Shown one piece after another: positions 47,019 through 56,190 of a stretch of 64,000 nt of DNA. Source of the DNA: Candidatus Peregrinibacteria bacterium (GTDB lineage: Bacteria; Patescibacteriota; Gracilibacteria; UBA1369); NCBI GenBank assembly GCA_963708185.1, contig OY970195.1:320001-384000 (forward strand). The letters run 5' to 3'. Numbering within the stretch: position 1 is the stretch's first letter; every line of letters starts with the position of its first letter. The notes below the pieces were generated by a model. It was not told the origin of the DNA, did no database searches, and was given only the letters and a program-made list of their open reading frames with translations. The position numbers and the translations under genes are program-made.

Positions 47019-47318
47019 TTAGTGGTGTGCAGCTGCAGCAGATGCATGGGTTGCCCCGTGTGCATCATGGTTTTCGGTGTGAGCTCCGTGCGCTTCGGTA
47101 CCGTGCCCATGTGCTCCATGGTCGTCATTGCTGAAGAGCCCTTTCAAGACGTCCTTGAAGAATCCGGTTGCGGTTTTGTAGAGTTTTCCGATGGCGATGC
47201 GGACGCTGTCGATGATTTTGCCGACGCCCTCGCCGAGCGTTTCCAGAACACTTTCAGAATTGTGACCTGCTTCCACGGCTTCGTGGCTGTGAGCGGTTTC
47301 AGAATGGGATGCTGACAT
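47019..47318 (-). CDS. Small His-rich protein
   Basis: MSASHSETAHSHE... with C-terminal HGAHGHGTEAHGAH...HH; lies downstream of tRNA-Leu. Confidence 0.6.
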   Translation of the reverse strand: MSASHSETAHSHEAVEAGHNSESVLETLGEGVGKIIDSVRIAIGKLYKTATGFFKDVLKGLFSNDDHGAHGHGTEAHGAHTENHDAHGATHASAAAAHH

Positions 47319-47373
47319 AAAATTTTTGTAAGAAAATGGGTAGTATTTTAACTTTTTTATTGAAAATGTCAAG

Positions 47374-47460
47374 TGGTGCCGAGGGCGGGGATCGAACCCG
47401 CACGATATTGCTATCACGGGATTTTAAGTCCCGCGCGTCTGCCAGTTCCGCCACCCCGGC
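47374..47460 (-). tRNA. tRNA-Leu(TAA)
   Basis: GCCGGGG/CCTCGGC acceptor, anticodon loop CTTAAAA, long variable arm, TTCGATC T-loop, encoded CCA. Confidence 0.95.
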
Positions 47461-47498
47461 GCGTTGTGCTGTTTCCCCAAGACGGGGGTGACTTCAGG

Positions 47499-48089
47499 TT
47501 ATTTCAAGGAGAAGGATTTTACAATCGCCTGAACGACGTTAATATTGTCCGTTGTTTCTTTGGGCGAGTATGAGCCTGTGACGATGTAGGCGTAATTTCC
47601 TTTTACCGCGTACGTCTGGTAAAAAACAAGAAGGTCACTTTGTGCATCTTTTTTTCCTTCAAAGGTTTCTATATAGGTGTCGACGTCCTTTCCTGCGATT
47701 TTTACTTTCACGAGATCCTGTTTGTCTTCTTTGTAGTTGACGAGTCCGGTCTTCTGGCGATTAATGACCTCTTTTGCGTATTCGAGGGACTCAACGCTGT
47801 TCTGGATCGTTCTGCGGATGACGTTCACATTGGCCGTGAAGGTATCATTTTTTACGTTGTTGCGAACGACCAGTGCTGTTTCGGGGGGAACGTCGCTCGT
47901 AAAATTTTTTGATTCGATGACATCCCATTCTCGCGGAATTGTAAGGTTGAATTCGGGGTTATCGATAATCCTGGATTGGTTGTTCGTCGTCGCGTTCTGT
48001 TGGTTTGTTGAACCTCCGCATCCTGCAAGTGCCAGGACAGAGAATGTAATCAATGAGATTTGAAGGAGTTTTTTTGTGGTGGTTTTCAT
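47499..48089 (-). CDS. Lipoprotein, possibly PsbP/DcrB-like fold
   Basis: Lipobox LAGC, F.LTIP.EW, ANVNV and AIVKSF motifs. Confidence 0.75.
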   Translation of the reverse strand: MKTTTKKLLQISLITFSVLALAGCGGSTNQQNATTNNQSRIIDNPEFNLTIPREWDVIESKNFTSDVPPETALVVRNNVKNDTFTANVNVIRRTIQNSVESLEYAKEVINRQKTGLVNYKEDKQDLVKVKIAGKDVDTYIETFEGKKDAQSDLLVFYQTYAVKGNYAYIVTGSYSPKETTDNINVVQAIVKSFSLK

Positions 48090-48191
48090 AGTGATCAAGA
48101 GGAAACACGCTTATTTTACTGGACTTTGCGCCCCGCTACAAATTTTTTGTGATCTTCCATAGATAAAGTCGTTGCGGAAAATTTGGAAGGA

Positions 48192-48219
48192 TTGACAAAA
48201 ATAAAATTCATCCTAAGAT
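48192..48219 (+). promoter_or_regulatory. Putative sigma70 promoter upstream of the structured element
   Basis: TTGACA-16 nt-TAAGAT. Confidence 0.45.
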
Positions 48220-48300
48220 GTTTGTTACTTTTTCGGGATTGAAGAAAAGTTTTCTGTTTATCAGCGGAAATGCTTATCTTTACCTGAAAAAGCGATATTT

Positions 48301-48697
48301 GGCAGCAAGGCAGGAGAGAGGTGTCCATGAGTTTGCCTTCAAGCATGCGTCCTCCGTCCAGCAGGAGGAAAGACCAGCTGGTGGATGAGCGTTTTCGTGA
48401 GTGGGAAGCTCGACAGAAGGCCGCTGGAAATCAGCCTGCAAAGCCTTCGTCTGCTCCCGCACGTGATGACAAGGCTCATCAGGGTCTCGACTTCGACGAC
48501 CGTGAAGAGCAGGGAGTCGATGGTGACGGGAAAGGGAAGTAGTCCAACGACCCCGACCCTCACGTTTGATCAACACTTTCAAGGAGGTGTCTCCCCGGAA
48601 TCGATGTCATGAAGTAGGTACGGAGCCGGAGAGGTAGGAACGCGCAGGACGCGTTCCGCCTCTCCGGCTACCGCCGACACTCCACTGTCTTGCTGCC
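48301..48697 (+). ncRNA. Unidentified structured RNA (or structured mRNA) with paired 5'/3' termini
   Basis: GGCAGCAAGGCAG (48301) pairs with CTGTCTTGCTGCC (48685-48697) with one G-U. Several internal hairpins; GC-rich between AT-rich flanks. Confidence 0.55.
48327..48542 (+). CDS. Possible small hydrophilic protein embedded in the structured element
   Basis: SD-like GGAGAGAGG before GTG/ATG; 71 aa, rich in D/E/K/R/S. Confidence 0.35.
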   Translation: MSLPSSMRPPSSRRKDQLVDERFREWEARQKAAGNQPAKPSSAPARDDKAHQGLDFDDREEQGVDGDGKGK

Positions 48698-48797
48698 CTA
48701 TCCTTTTTAACTCAATTGTCATGAAATCATCGTTCATGTCTTTTGCATTGTCCAAAAATCTTCTATTATACCTTTGTTATTTTTTGTTTTTTGGTTT

Positions 48798-49766
48798 ATG
48801 AAACAAGTCCAAGTAGGGATTCTTGATTTCAGTAGTCTCAGCAGGCTTCGATCGGCACGCACCGCTGCCAGTTCGACCCCGCGCGAAGTGAAACTTCTCA
48901 AAAATACCGCCATCAAGCTGGGGCATATCGCCAAGATTTATAAGGTGGAAAACTGCCAGCTTTATTTCGACAACCGTAAACCGCTTATTCTTTATAAGAA
49001 CAAACCTATTAAAGGTTGCGATGTTCTGATTCCTCGAGTTTCCGTCGCCGGAGATATCGATCTGGAAATTTCCATCGTCAAACAGTTCAAGATGCTCGGT
49101 ATTCCCGTGGTGAACGATTATCTCCCCACGGTCCGCGCGAAGAATAAATTAAGGACATTGCAGATTTTAACGCACAGGGGAATTCCTGTGCCAAGAACCC
49201 TTGTGGTTCGTAAATTGGAATTTTTAGATGAAGGCATTCAGAAAGTTGGAGGCTATCCGGTCATCATTAAATCTCCCTTCGGTTCTTACGGGGTGGGGGT
49301 TGCCATTACGGAAAGCCGCAGATCGTTATATTCCTCACTGGATATGGTCTGGAAAACGACTTCCTCAAGTATCATTCTTATCCAGGAGTACGTTGCTGAA
49401 GCTGAAGGAAGCGATTTTCGGGCTTTCGTCATCGGAGGAAAAGTCGTTGCTTCGATGCAGCGTAAGGCTGTGCAGGGTGATTTCCGTTCGAACCTTCATC
49501 ACGGCGGTGAAGCCGTGAAAGTGAAACTCAGCACCGAGGAACAGAATCTCGCCATAAGGGCTGCTGAGGCTTTGGGGCTGGATCTTGCGGGAGTCGATCT
49601 CTTACGGACGAGAAAAGGTCCGGTGGTCATGGAGGTGAACGCCAATCCGGGTTTTGAGGGGTTGATGAAAATTACCGGGGTCGACATTGCGACGGAAATG
49701 GTGAAGTACGCCGTCTCGCTCTACAGGAAACAGCAGGAAGCCATCAAAAAGAAAAAGCGGTCCTGA
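48798..49766 (+). CDS. rimK: RimK-family alpha-L-glutamate ligase (ATP-grasp)
   Basis: NKLRTLQ, GIPVPRT, GSYGVGV, IQEY, DFRSNLHHGG and EVNANPG motifs. Confidence 0.88.
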   Translation: MKQVQVGILDFSSLSRLRSARTAASSTPREVKLLKNTAIKLGHIAKIYKVENCQLYFDNRKPLILYKNKPIKGCDVLIPRVSVAGDIDLEISIVKQFKMLGIPVVNDYLPTVRAKNKLRTLQILTHRGIPVPRTLVVRKLEFLDEGIQKVGGYPVIIKSPFGSYGVGVAITESRRSLYSSLDMVWKTTSSSIILIQEYVAEAEGSDFRAFVIGGKVVASMQRKAVQGDFRSNLHHGGEAVKVKLSTEEQNLAIRAAEALGLDLAGVDLLRTRKGPVVMEVNANPGFEGLMKITGVDIATEMVKYAVSLYRKQQEAIKKKKRS

Positions 49767-49780
49767 TTTTCGGACATAGC

Positions 49781-49808
49781 AAAAACCCCCATGCAAGATG
49801 GGGGTTTT
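49781..49808. terminator. Bidirectional intrinsic terminator
   Basis: AAAAACCCCCAT-GCAAG-ATGGGGGTTTT. Confidence 0.8.
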
Positions 49809-49826
49809 ATTGTTGTGAATGAATGC

Positions 49827-50450
49827 TTAGCGTTTGGTGATGATCTTATCGATCAATCCGTATTTCACTGAATCTTCTGCGGTCATGAAATTGTCGCGGT
49901 CGGTGTCTTTCTCAATGGTCTTCAAGGGCTGTTTGGTATGTTTTGCCAGAATGTTGTTCAAACGTTCTTTGGTCTTGATGATGTGCGTCGCATGGATGAA
50001 GATATCACTTGCCTGACCCTCAGCACCTCCCAAAGGCTGGTGAATCATGACTTCAGCGTTCGGAAGAGCGAACCGTTTTCCCGGGGCTCCTCCGGCGAGG
50101 AGGACGGCGCCCATCGATGCAGCAATGCCGATGCATACGGTCGAAACGTCGCATTGGATGAGCTGCATGGTGTCATAGATAGCCAGGCCCGCCGTGACAT
50201 GGCCTCCGGGACTCTGGATATACATGGTGATATCCTTTTTGGGGTTTTCGCTTTCCAGAAAGAGCAGCTGGGCGATGATGCTGTTGGCAACGGTATCATT
50301 GATGGCGCTGCCAAGGATGATGATGCGTTCTTTGAGGAGTCGAGAATAAATATCGTAAGCACGTTCACCCATATTGGTTTTTTCGATGACGGTGGGGATG
50401 AGTACGTTGTTTCTGATGGTCTCCACATGCTTGTTCTGGTCTTGTGTCAT
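49827..50450 (-). CDS. clpP: ATP-dependent Clp protease proteolytic subunit
   Basis: [29 protein letters not shown] and DRD motifs. Confidence 0.97.
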   Translation of the reverse strand: MTQDQNKHVETIRNNVLIPTVIEKTNMGERAYDIYSRLLKERIIILGSAINDTVANSIIAQLLFLESENPKKDITMYIQSPGGHVTAGLAIYDTMQLIQCDVSTVCIGIAASMGAVLLAGGAPGKRFALPNAEVMIHQPLGGAEGQASDIFIHATHIIKTKERLNNILAKHTKQPLKTIEKDTDRDNFMTAEDSVKYGLIDKIITKR

Positions 50451-50568
50451 GCTGTTTTGCTATTAAAGGATGATGCTGTTATTCCACTTTTATTTTAGCA
50501 CACTTTGGCCGAGAGTGATAATCTGTAGAGTTGACTAATTTTAGAATCTGGCGGGAAATTATTTGTTT

Positions 50569-51876
50569 TTATTCATTGGAATAACGCAGAAGATAGACGA
50601 CTCCGGCTTTGTCGTCGCTGACAAGTATTTGTCCGTCGGGTTTGATGAAGATGTCGACAGGTCTCCCCAGTGCTCCATCTGGGGTCAGCCAACCGGTCAT
50701 GAAATCTTCCGGTGAATCGAACGTTAACGTTTGGTCATTGATGTTTGGATGTGTCTTCATCAAGACAATTTTGTATCCGGTCGGCACGCTGCGGTTCCAG
50801 GAACCGTGGAAAGTAACGAGAAGGTTTCCACGGTACTCTTCAGGCCATGTGTTTTTTTGGCCGTTCACTGTTTCGGAAACCGGGAAAAAAGCCAACCCCA
50901 GCGGAGCCGAATGGGCTTGCAGATCGATGACGGAAGGGGTTTCAAAAGGTGCTTCGCAAGGATTCCTTATATAGGTGTTGTGGTCGAAGTCGTCGTCGTG
51001 AATATTCTGACCATAGCAAATAGGCCAGCCGTAGTTTTTTCCCTCTTCAATCAGATTAATTTCATCGGGCGGAACATTGTTGCCCAGATAATCGCGACCC
51101 ATTTCGGTTGCGAAGATTTTTTCAAAGTAAGGATCGTGCGTCATGAAAACCGAATTTCTTAATCCGGTCGCGTAAGGTTTTAATTTCCCCGTTGTCGTAT
51201 CAAGAAGCATGATGGTGCCTCTGGTACTGTCCTGTTCCCGGCAGGCGTCGCAATCCGATCCGATGGAAACAAGGAGTTGATCGTTGGAGGGGGGATTTAA
51301 GAACTGAAGAGTTCTGGTGAAGTGTCTTCCCTCGCCGGAAAGATCAGTGATTTTTTTATCGAACGTCGCTTTCATCTTCTGCGTATCATAAAAGTACCGG
51401 GTGACCTTGTCGGTCTCTCCTATATAGAGCTGGCAGGTTGAGGAACTGTTCGGGTCCGGACAGTTGAACGCCATACCATGAGGTTTGTTCAGTCCTTTGA
51501 TGACCGTCACGTTGTTGTCCGCGACGCCGTCGCCGTTTGCATCAGGCAGCGCGACGATTTTCCCTTCCGAAGTCACGCTCGTCAGCATGACTCCGTCGGG
51601 GGCTTGGACCAAGACCCTGGGGTCGACGAGGTTTTTTGCGTAAATAGATATGCCGAATCCGTTTGGCGTTTGAAGAGGAGAGTCCGTTGTGGGGGATGTC
51701 CGATCCGCTTGCTGGCTTTGAGTCGAAGGCAGCGAAGGAATGAGCGTGCTAATGTCCTCAGGGGGATTTTGCAAAGCCGGACCAACCCCTTTCAGGTTTT
51801 GCAGGGAGAAAATGAAGCCCCATACCAGGATGCCGGCGATGATAAGTCCGATGAGTCCGTACGTCATTTTTTTCAT
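50569..51876 (-). CDS. Membrane-anchored PQQ-dependent sugar/sorbosone dehydrogenase-like beta-propeller
   Basis: GLRN, PPDEIN, YGWP, HSAPLG, HGSWNR and GRPVD...SDD motifs. Confidence 0.85.
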   Translation of the reverse strand: MKKMTYGLIGLIIAGILVWGFIFSLQNLKGVGPALQNPPEDISTLIPSLPSTQSQQADRTSPTTDSPLQTPNGFGISIYAKNLVDPRVLVQAPDGVMLTSVTSEGKIVALPDANGDGVADNNVTVIKGLNKPHGMAFNCPDPNSSSTCQLYIGETDKVTRYFYDTQKMKATFDKKITDLSGEGRHFTRTLQFLNPPSNDQLLVSIGSDCDACREQDSTRGTIMLLDTTTGKLKPYATGLRNSVFMTHDPYFEKIFATEMGRDYLGNNVPPDEINLIEEGKNYGWPICYGQNIHDDDFDHNTYIRNPCEAPFETPSVIDLQAHSAPLGLAFFPVSETVNGQKNTWPEEYRGNLLVTFHGSWNRSVPTGYKIVLMKTHPNINDQTLTFDSPEDFMTGWLTPDGALGRPVDIFIKPDGQILVSDDKAGVVYLLRYSNE

Positions 51877-52000
51877 AAGTTTCCGGAAAGTTTTTTATAT
51901 TTTTTATTGTATTTGATATTTGATGAGAAGTGAATTTTGATTTTTCCCGGGTGTGTTTTTTGATGTCTTTGTTTGTCGGTTTCTTTTGGTGAAAAACATA

Positions 52001-52029
52001 TTGACTTTGGGAAGGCCTTTCACTAAAAT
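52001..52029 (+). promoter_or_regulatory. 16S rRNA promoter
   Basis: TTGACT-17 nt-TAAAAT with AT-rich upstream sequence. Confidence 0.65.
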
Positions 52030-52072
52030 TGCTCTGCTTTATGAACGATTCGTTGTTCATTTGGCTTTGGTT

Positions 52073-52084
52073 TGTTCTTTAACA
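52073..52084 (+). promoter_or_regulatory. boxA-like antitermination site (16S leader)
   Basis: TGTTCTTTAACA versus consensus TGCTCTTTAACA. Confidence 0.65.
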
Positions 52085-52253
52085 TCCAGGATGTAGTAGA
52101 GAAGATCTAGCGTTTGTCTTTGGCAAAGACCGTTTCATTTCGTGTCCGTCCCCGGACATGAAAAAACCGGAAACTGGTCAGAGACGTACTAAACTCAAAA
52201 ATAAGTCTTCGATTTCTTCATTGAAGTCGGAGCACAGCTTTCATCAAGCTCTT

Positions 52254-53756
<1,503 letters not shown>

Positions 53757-54055
53757 TAGGAGATATCAGGGAACTTAGGGATTTTTATTTCTAAGCATTT
53801 TCCAGGTCGACCCTCGCTTCGGCGAGGTTTCTAGATCTCTCTCTACTACATTTTGGATGTTAAAGGTACAACCTTTCTTCTTTTCTCTCCTTTATAGGGG
53901 TATGAAATCTTCCAATAGTTTCAACAGGTCGAGTCAAAACATTGAGGTTTCGGTCCGAGCGCACAGCGCGAGGGCGTAAGCTGTGGCTTTGCTACACGCT
54001 GAAGCGTATCGATAGAAGAAAAACCTTATTTTTCAATTTTAACCCTCTCACACAC

Positions 54056-54325
54056 ATGGAAACTCAACAACTCACCTGCCAGGATTGTGGCAACACTTTT
54101 GATTTCACTGCAGAAGAACAACAGTTTTTTGCAGAAAAAGGATTTCAGGAACCAAAGCGCTGCCCTAATTGCCGAAAAGCAAAAAAGGAAGCTCATCGTC
54201 CTACCTTTACGAAGGTAACCTGTTCTGGCTGTGGGATGGAAACCGAGGTCCCGTTCGTACCAAAAGGCGACCGTCCGGTTTACTGCCGTGCTTGTTTTGA
54301 AAAGAACAAAGCAATGTCTGCGTAA
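54056..54325 (+). CDS. Zinc-ribbon protein (zf-trcl + CxxC-x17-CxxC domains)
   Basis: CQDC..FDFT.EEQ.FF...GF..PKRCPNC and CSGC...VPF.P...RPVYCRAC motifs. Confidence 0.88.
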   Translation: METQQLTCQDCGNTFDFTAEEQQFFAEKGFQEPKRCPNCRKAKKEAHRPTFTKVTCSGCGMETEVPFVPKGDRPVYCRACFEKNKAMSA

Positions 54326-54344
54326 TTACTGTTTAGGTAATTTG

Positions 54345-54377
54345 GAAGAGGATGTCTGGAAAGACATCCTCTTTTTT
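54345..54377 (+). terminator. Intrinsic terminator
   Basis: GAAGAGGATGTC-TGGAAA-GACATCCTCTT followed by a T run. Confidence 0.8.
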
Positions 54378-54389
54378 GTAGAAATTCGT

Positions 54390-54417
54390 TTGCAAATTCC
54401 GCGGCTTTCTTTATAAT
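54390..54417 (+). promoter_or_regulatory. Putative promoter for tRNA-Ala/Ile
   Basis: TTGCAA-16 nt-TATAAT. Confidence 0.55.
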
Positions 54418-54522
54418 GATCGAGCTGTTTTGACAGTCAGGCTTTGCAAGTCGTCAATGGCTTGCAGGAGCGCAAAGATGTGGGCCCTTAGCACAAGCTA
54501 AGGTCCCACCGTTTACACTCGT

Positions 54523-54599
54523 GGGCCCTTAGCTCAGTTGGCCAGAGCGCCTCGTTTGCACCGAGGAGGTCAAGGGTTCGACTCCCTTAGGGTCCACCA
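54523..54599 (+). tRNA. tRNA-Ala(TGC)
   Basis: Cloverleaf with G3-U70, anticodon loop TTTGCAC, encoded CCA. Confidence 0.96.
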
Positions 54600-54608
54600 G
54601 AATATTGC

Positions 54609-54685
54609 GGGCGAGTAGCTCAGTTGGTTAGAGCGCGTCACTGATAATGACGAGGTCGGAGGTTCAAATCCTCCCCCGCCCACCA
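54609..54685 (+). tRNA. tRNA-Ile(GAT)
   Basis: Cloverleaf, anticodon loop CTGATAA, encoded CCA; one A-C mismatch in the acceptor stem. Confidence 0.95.
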
Positions 54686-54689
54686 TGAT

Positions 54690-54711
54690 AGAGTTCCCGG
54701 GACTCTTTTTT
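54690..54711 (+). terminator. Possible terminator after tRNA-Ile
   Basis: AGAGTTC-CCG-GGACTCT followed by a T run. Confidence 0.5.
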
Positions 54712-54754
54712 GTTTAATGCCTGATCCGGTTTCTGTTACAATGGCTACGATTTA

Positions 54755-55357
54755 ATGTTTTTTATGTCAGGAGAGCTGCTTGCCGCCATCGTTTTTGATC
54801 TTATCCTCTATGGAACTCTGGCTTGTGCGGCCATCCCTCTGCTGTTTTTTTTGTTGTGGACATTTTTCAACTTTTGGAAAAAATACTATCTTCTTTTTTA
54901 TTTTACGGGCATCGTTCTTTTGGCCGCGATTCCTACTGCTTTTTATTTTACGCAGCATTACTGGATTTATCTCTACTATCCTTTCCCCGCATGGGTGCAA
55001 ATCATCGGGCTGATACTTATTATTTTCAGTTATCTTGTCGTGAAACTGGCCCAGGCCTCCATCAGTGTTCCCGTTCGTTTCTTTTTTCCGGTTCTTAAAA
55101 ATCACCCCATTCAATTAAAGACGAAAGGCGTGTATCGATACGTCAGACACCCCATTTATGCGGTGTTTCCTTTGATTGTTATTGGTGGACTTTTGTATAC
55201 CGGCGAGCTGGTGCTTTTCCCGGTTTTCTTCCTGGTCCTTGTGACGAGGAAATGGTATGCCGTCAGGGAAGAGGCGTACCTCAAGCAAAACCTTCACGGT
55301 GACTATGAAAAATATATGAAACAGACTCCCAACCGTTTTTATCCTAAAATTTTTTAA
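54755..55357 (+). CDS. Isoprenylcysteine carboxyl methyltransferase / PEMT-family membrane protein
   Basis: Multiple TMs; L.T.GVYRYVRHPIY, EEAYL and Y..YM..TP.RF motifs. Confidence 0.8.
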   Translation: MFFMSGELLAAIVFDLILYGTLACAAIPLLFFLLWTFFNFWKKYYLLFYFTGIVLLAAIPTAFYFTQHYWIYLYYPFPAWVQIIGLILIIFSYLVVKLAQASISVPVRFFFPVLKNHPIQLKTKGVYRYVRHPIYAVFPLIVIGGLLYTGELVLFPVFFLVLVTRKWYAVREEAYLKQNLHGDYEKYMKQTPNRFYPKIF

Positions 55358-55359
55358 GT

Positions 55360-56190
55360 ATGATTTTTTATGCTCTCCATGTTCCGGGTGTTGAAGACGA
55401 AAGACTTGAACTGCTTCGTGCCGCCTGCAAACGTTTGAAGATTTCTTTCAGGGCGTTGTCGCCGTCCGGATTCGATTTTTCCAGGCCTTCCCCCGTGAGA
55501 AAAGGCGACATTGTCTATAGAATCAGCCGAGGTAAACTGCTTCGGTTTTTTGAGGATTACATCGTCAGGCCCGGTTGTATCACGTTTTATCAAGACGTCA
55601 TTTTCCATAAACCGGATCCATTTTTTCTTGAGAAGCATGACATTCCTGTTCCAAAAACCGTTTTTTGTCTCACCAGAGAGAAGAAGCTTTTGATGAACTA
55701 CGTGAAGGAGATCGGGGGATTCCCGGTCATTCTCAAAGCCTTGGGTGGAACGCACGGAATGGGGGTCATCAAAATTGACTCTTTTTCAGCGCTCAAAAGT
55801 ATGGCGGATTTTTTGTTAGCCCAGGGGAAATTGTTTGTGCTTAAACAGTTTTTACCCGTAAAGACTTCCGCACGTTTTATCGTTCTCGGGGATAAAGTCG
55901 TTGCCTCGATTGAATACGTCGCTCGGGACAATGACTTCCGGACGAATTCAGCCAAAACGCTCACTGTCCGTCCAAAAAAATATTCAAAAGCCCTTGAAGA
56001 ACTGGCGGTCAGAGCCACACACGCCATGGGTTGGGAGTTCGGTGGGGTTGATATTCTCATTCATAAAGGTAAACCTTACGTTTCCGAAGTGAATTTTCCC
56101 TGCAATTTTGTACGGGCTCAAAATGCCCTCAATAAGGACGTCGCTCTCCTTATGGTTCAATATCTTCAGGCAAAAGCGAAAAAACTTTAA
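55360..56190 (+). CDS. Divergent RimK-like ATP-grasp protein
   Basis: IPVPKT, FPVILK..GGTHGMGV, DFRTN, FGGVD and SEVN motifs. Confidence 0.8.
   Translation: MIFYALHVPGVEDERLELLRAACKRLKISFRALSPSGFDFSRPSPVRKGDIVYRISRGKLLRFFEDYIVRPGCITFYQDVIFHKPDPFFLEKHDIPVPKTVFCLTREKKLLMNYVKEIGGFPVILKALGGTHGMGVIKIDSFSALKSMADFLLAQGKLFVLKQFLPVKTSARFIVLGDKVVASIEYVARDNDFRTNSAKTLTVRPKKYSKALEELAVRATHAMGWEFGGVDILIHKGKPYVSEVNFPCNFVRAQNALNKDVALLMVQYLQAKAKKL

Noticed and set aside
48301-48697. RNase P RNA, tmRNA, SRP RNA, hammerhead or retron msr-msd as the identity of the structured element
   Set aside because: GAGGAAAGACC only resembles RNase P GAGGAAAGUCC and has no ACAGAAnnCGGCUUA partner. There are no tRNA-like ends or ALAA-type tag, and no CAGG-GNRA-AGCA SRP loop. 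The minus-strand CTGATGAG stem is not followed by GAAA. No reverse transcriptase gene is nearby.
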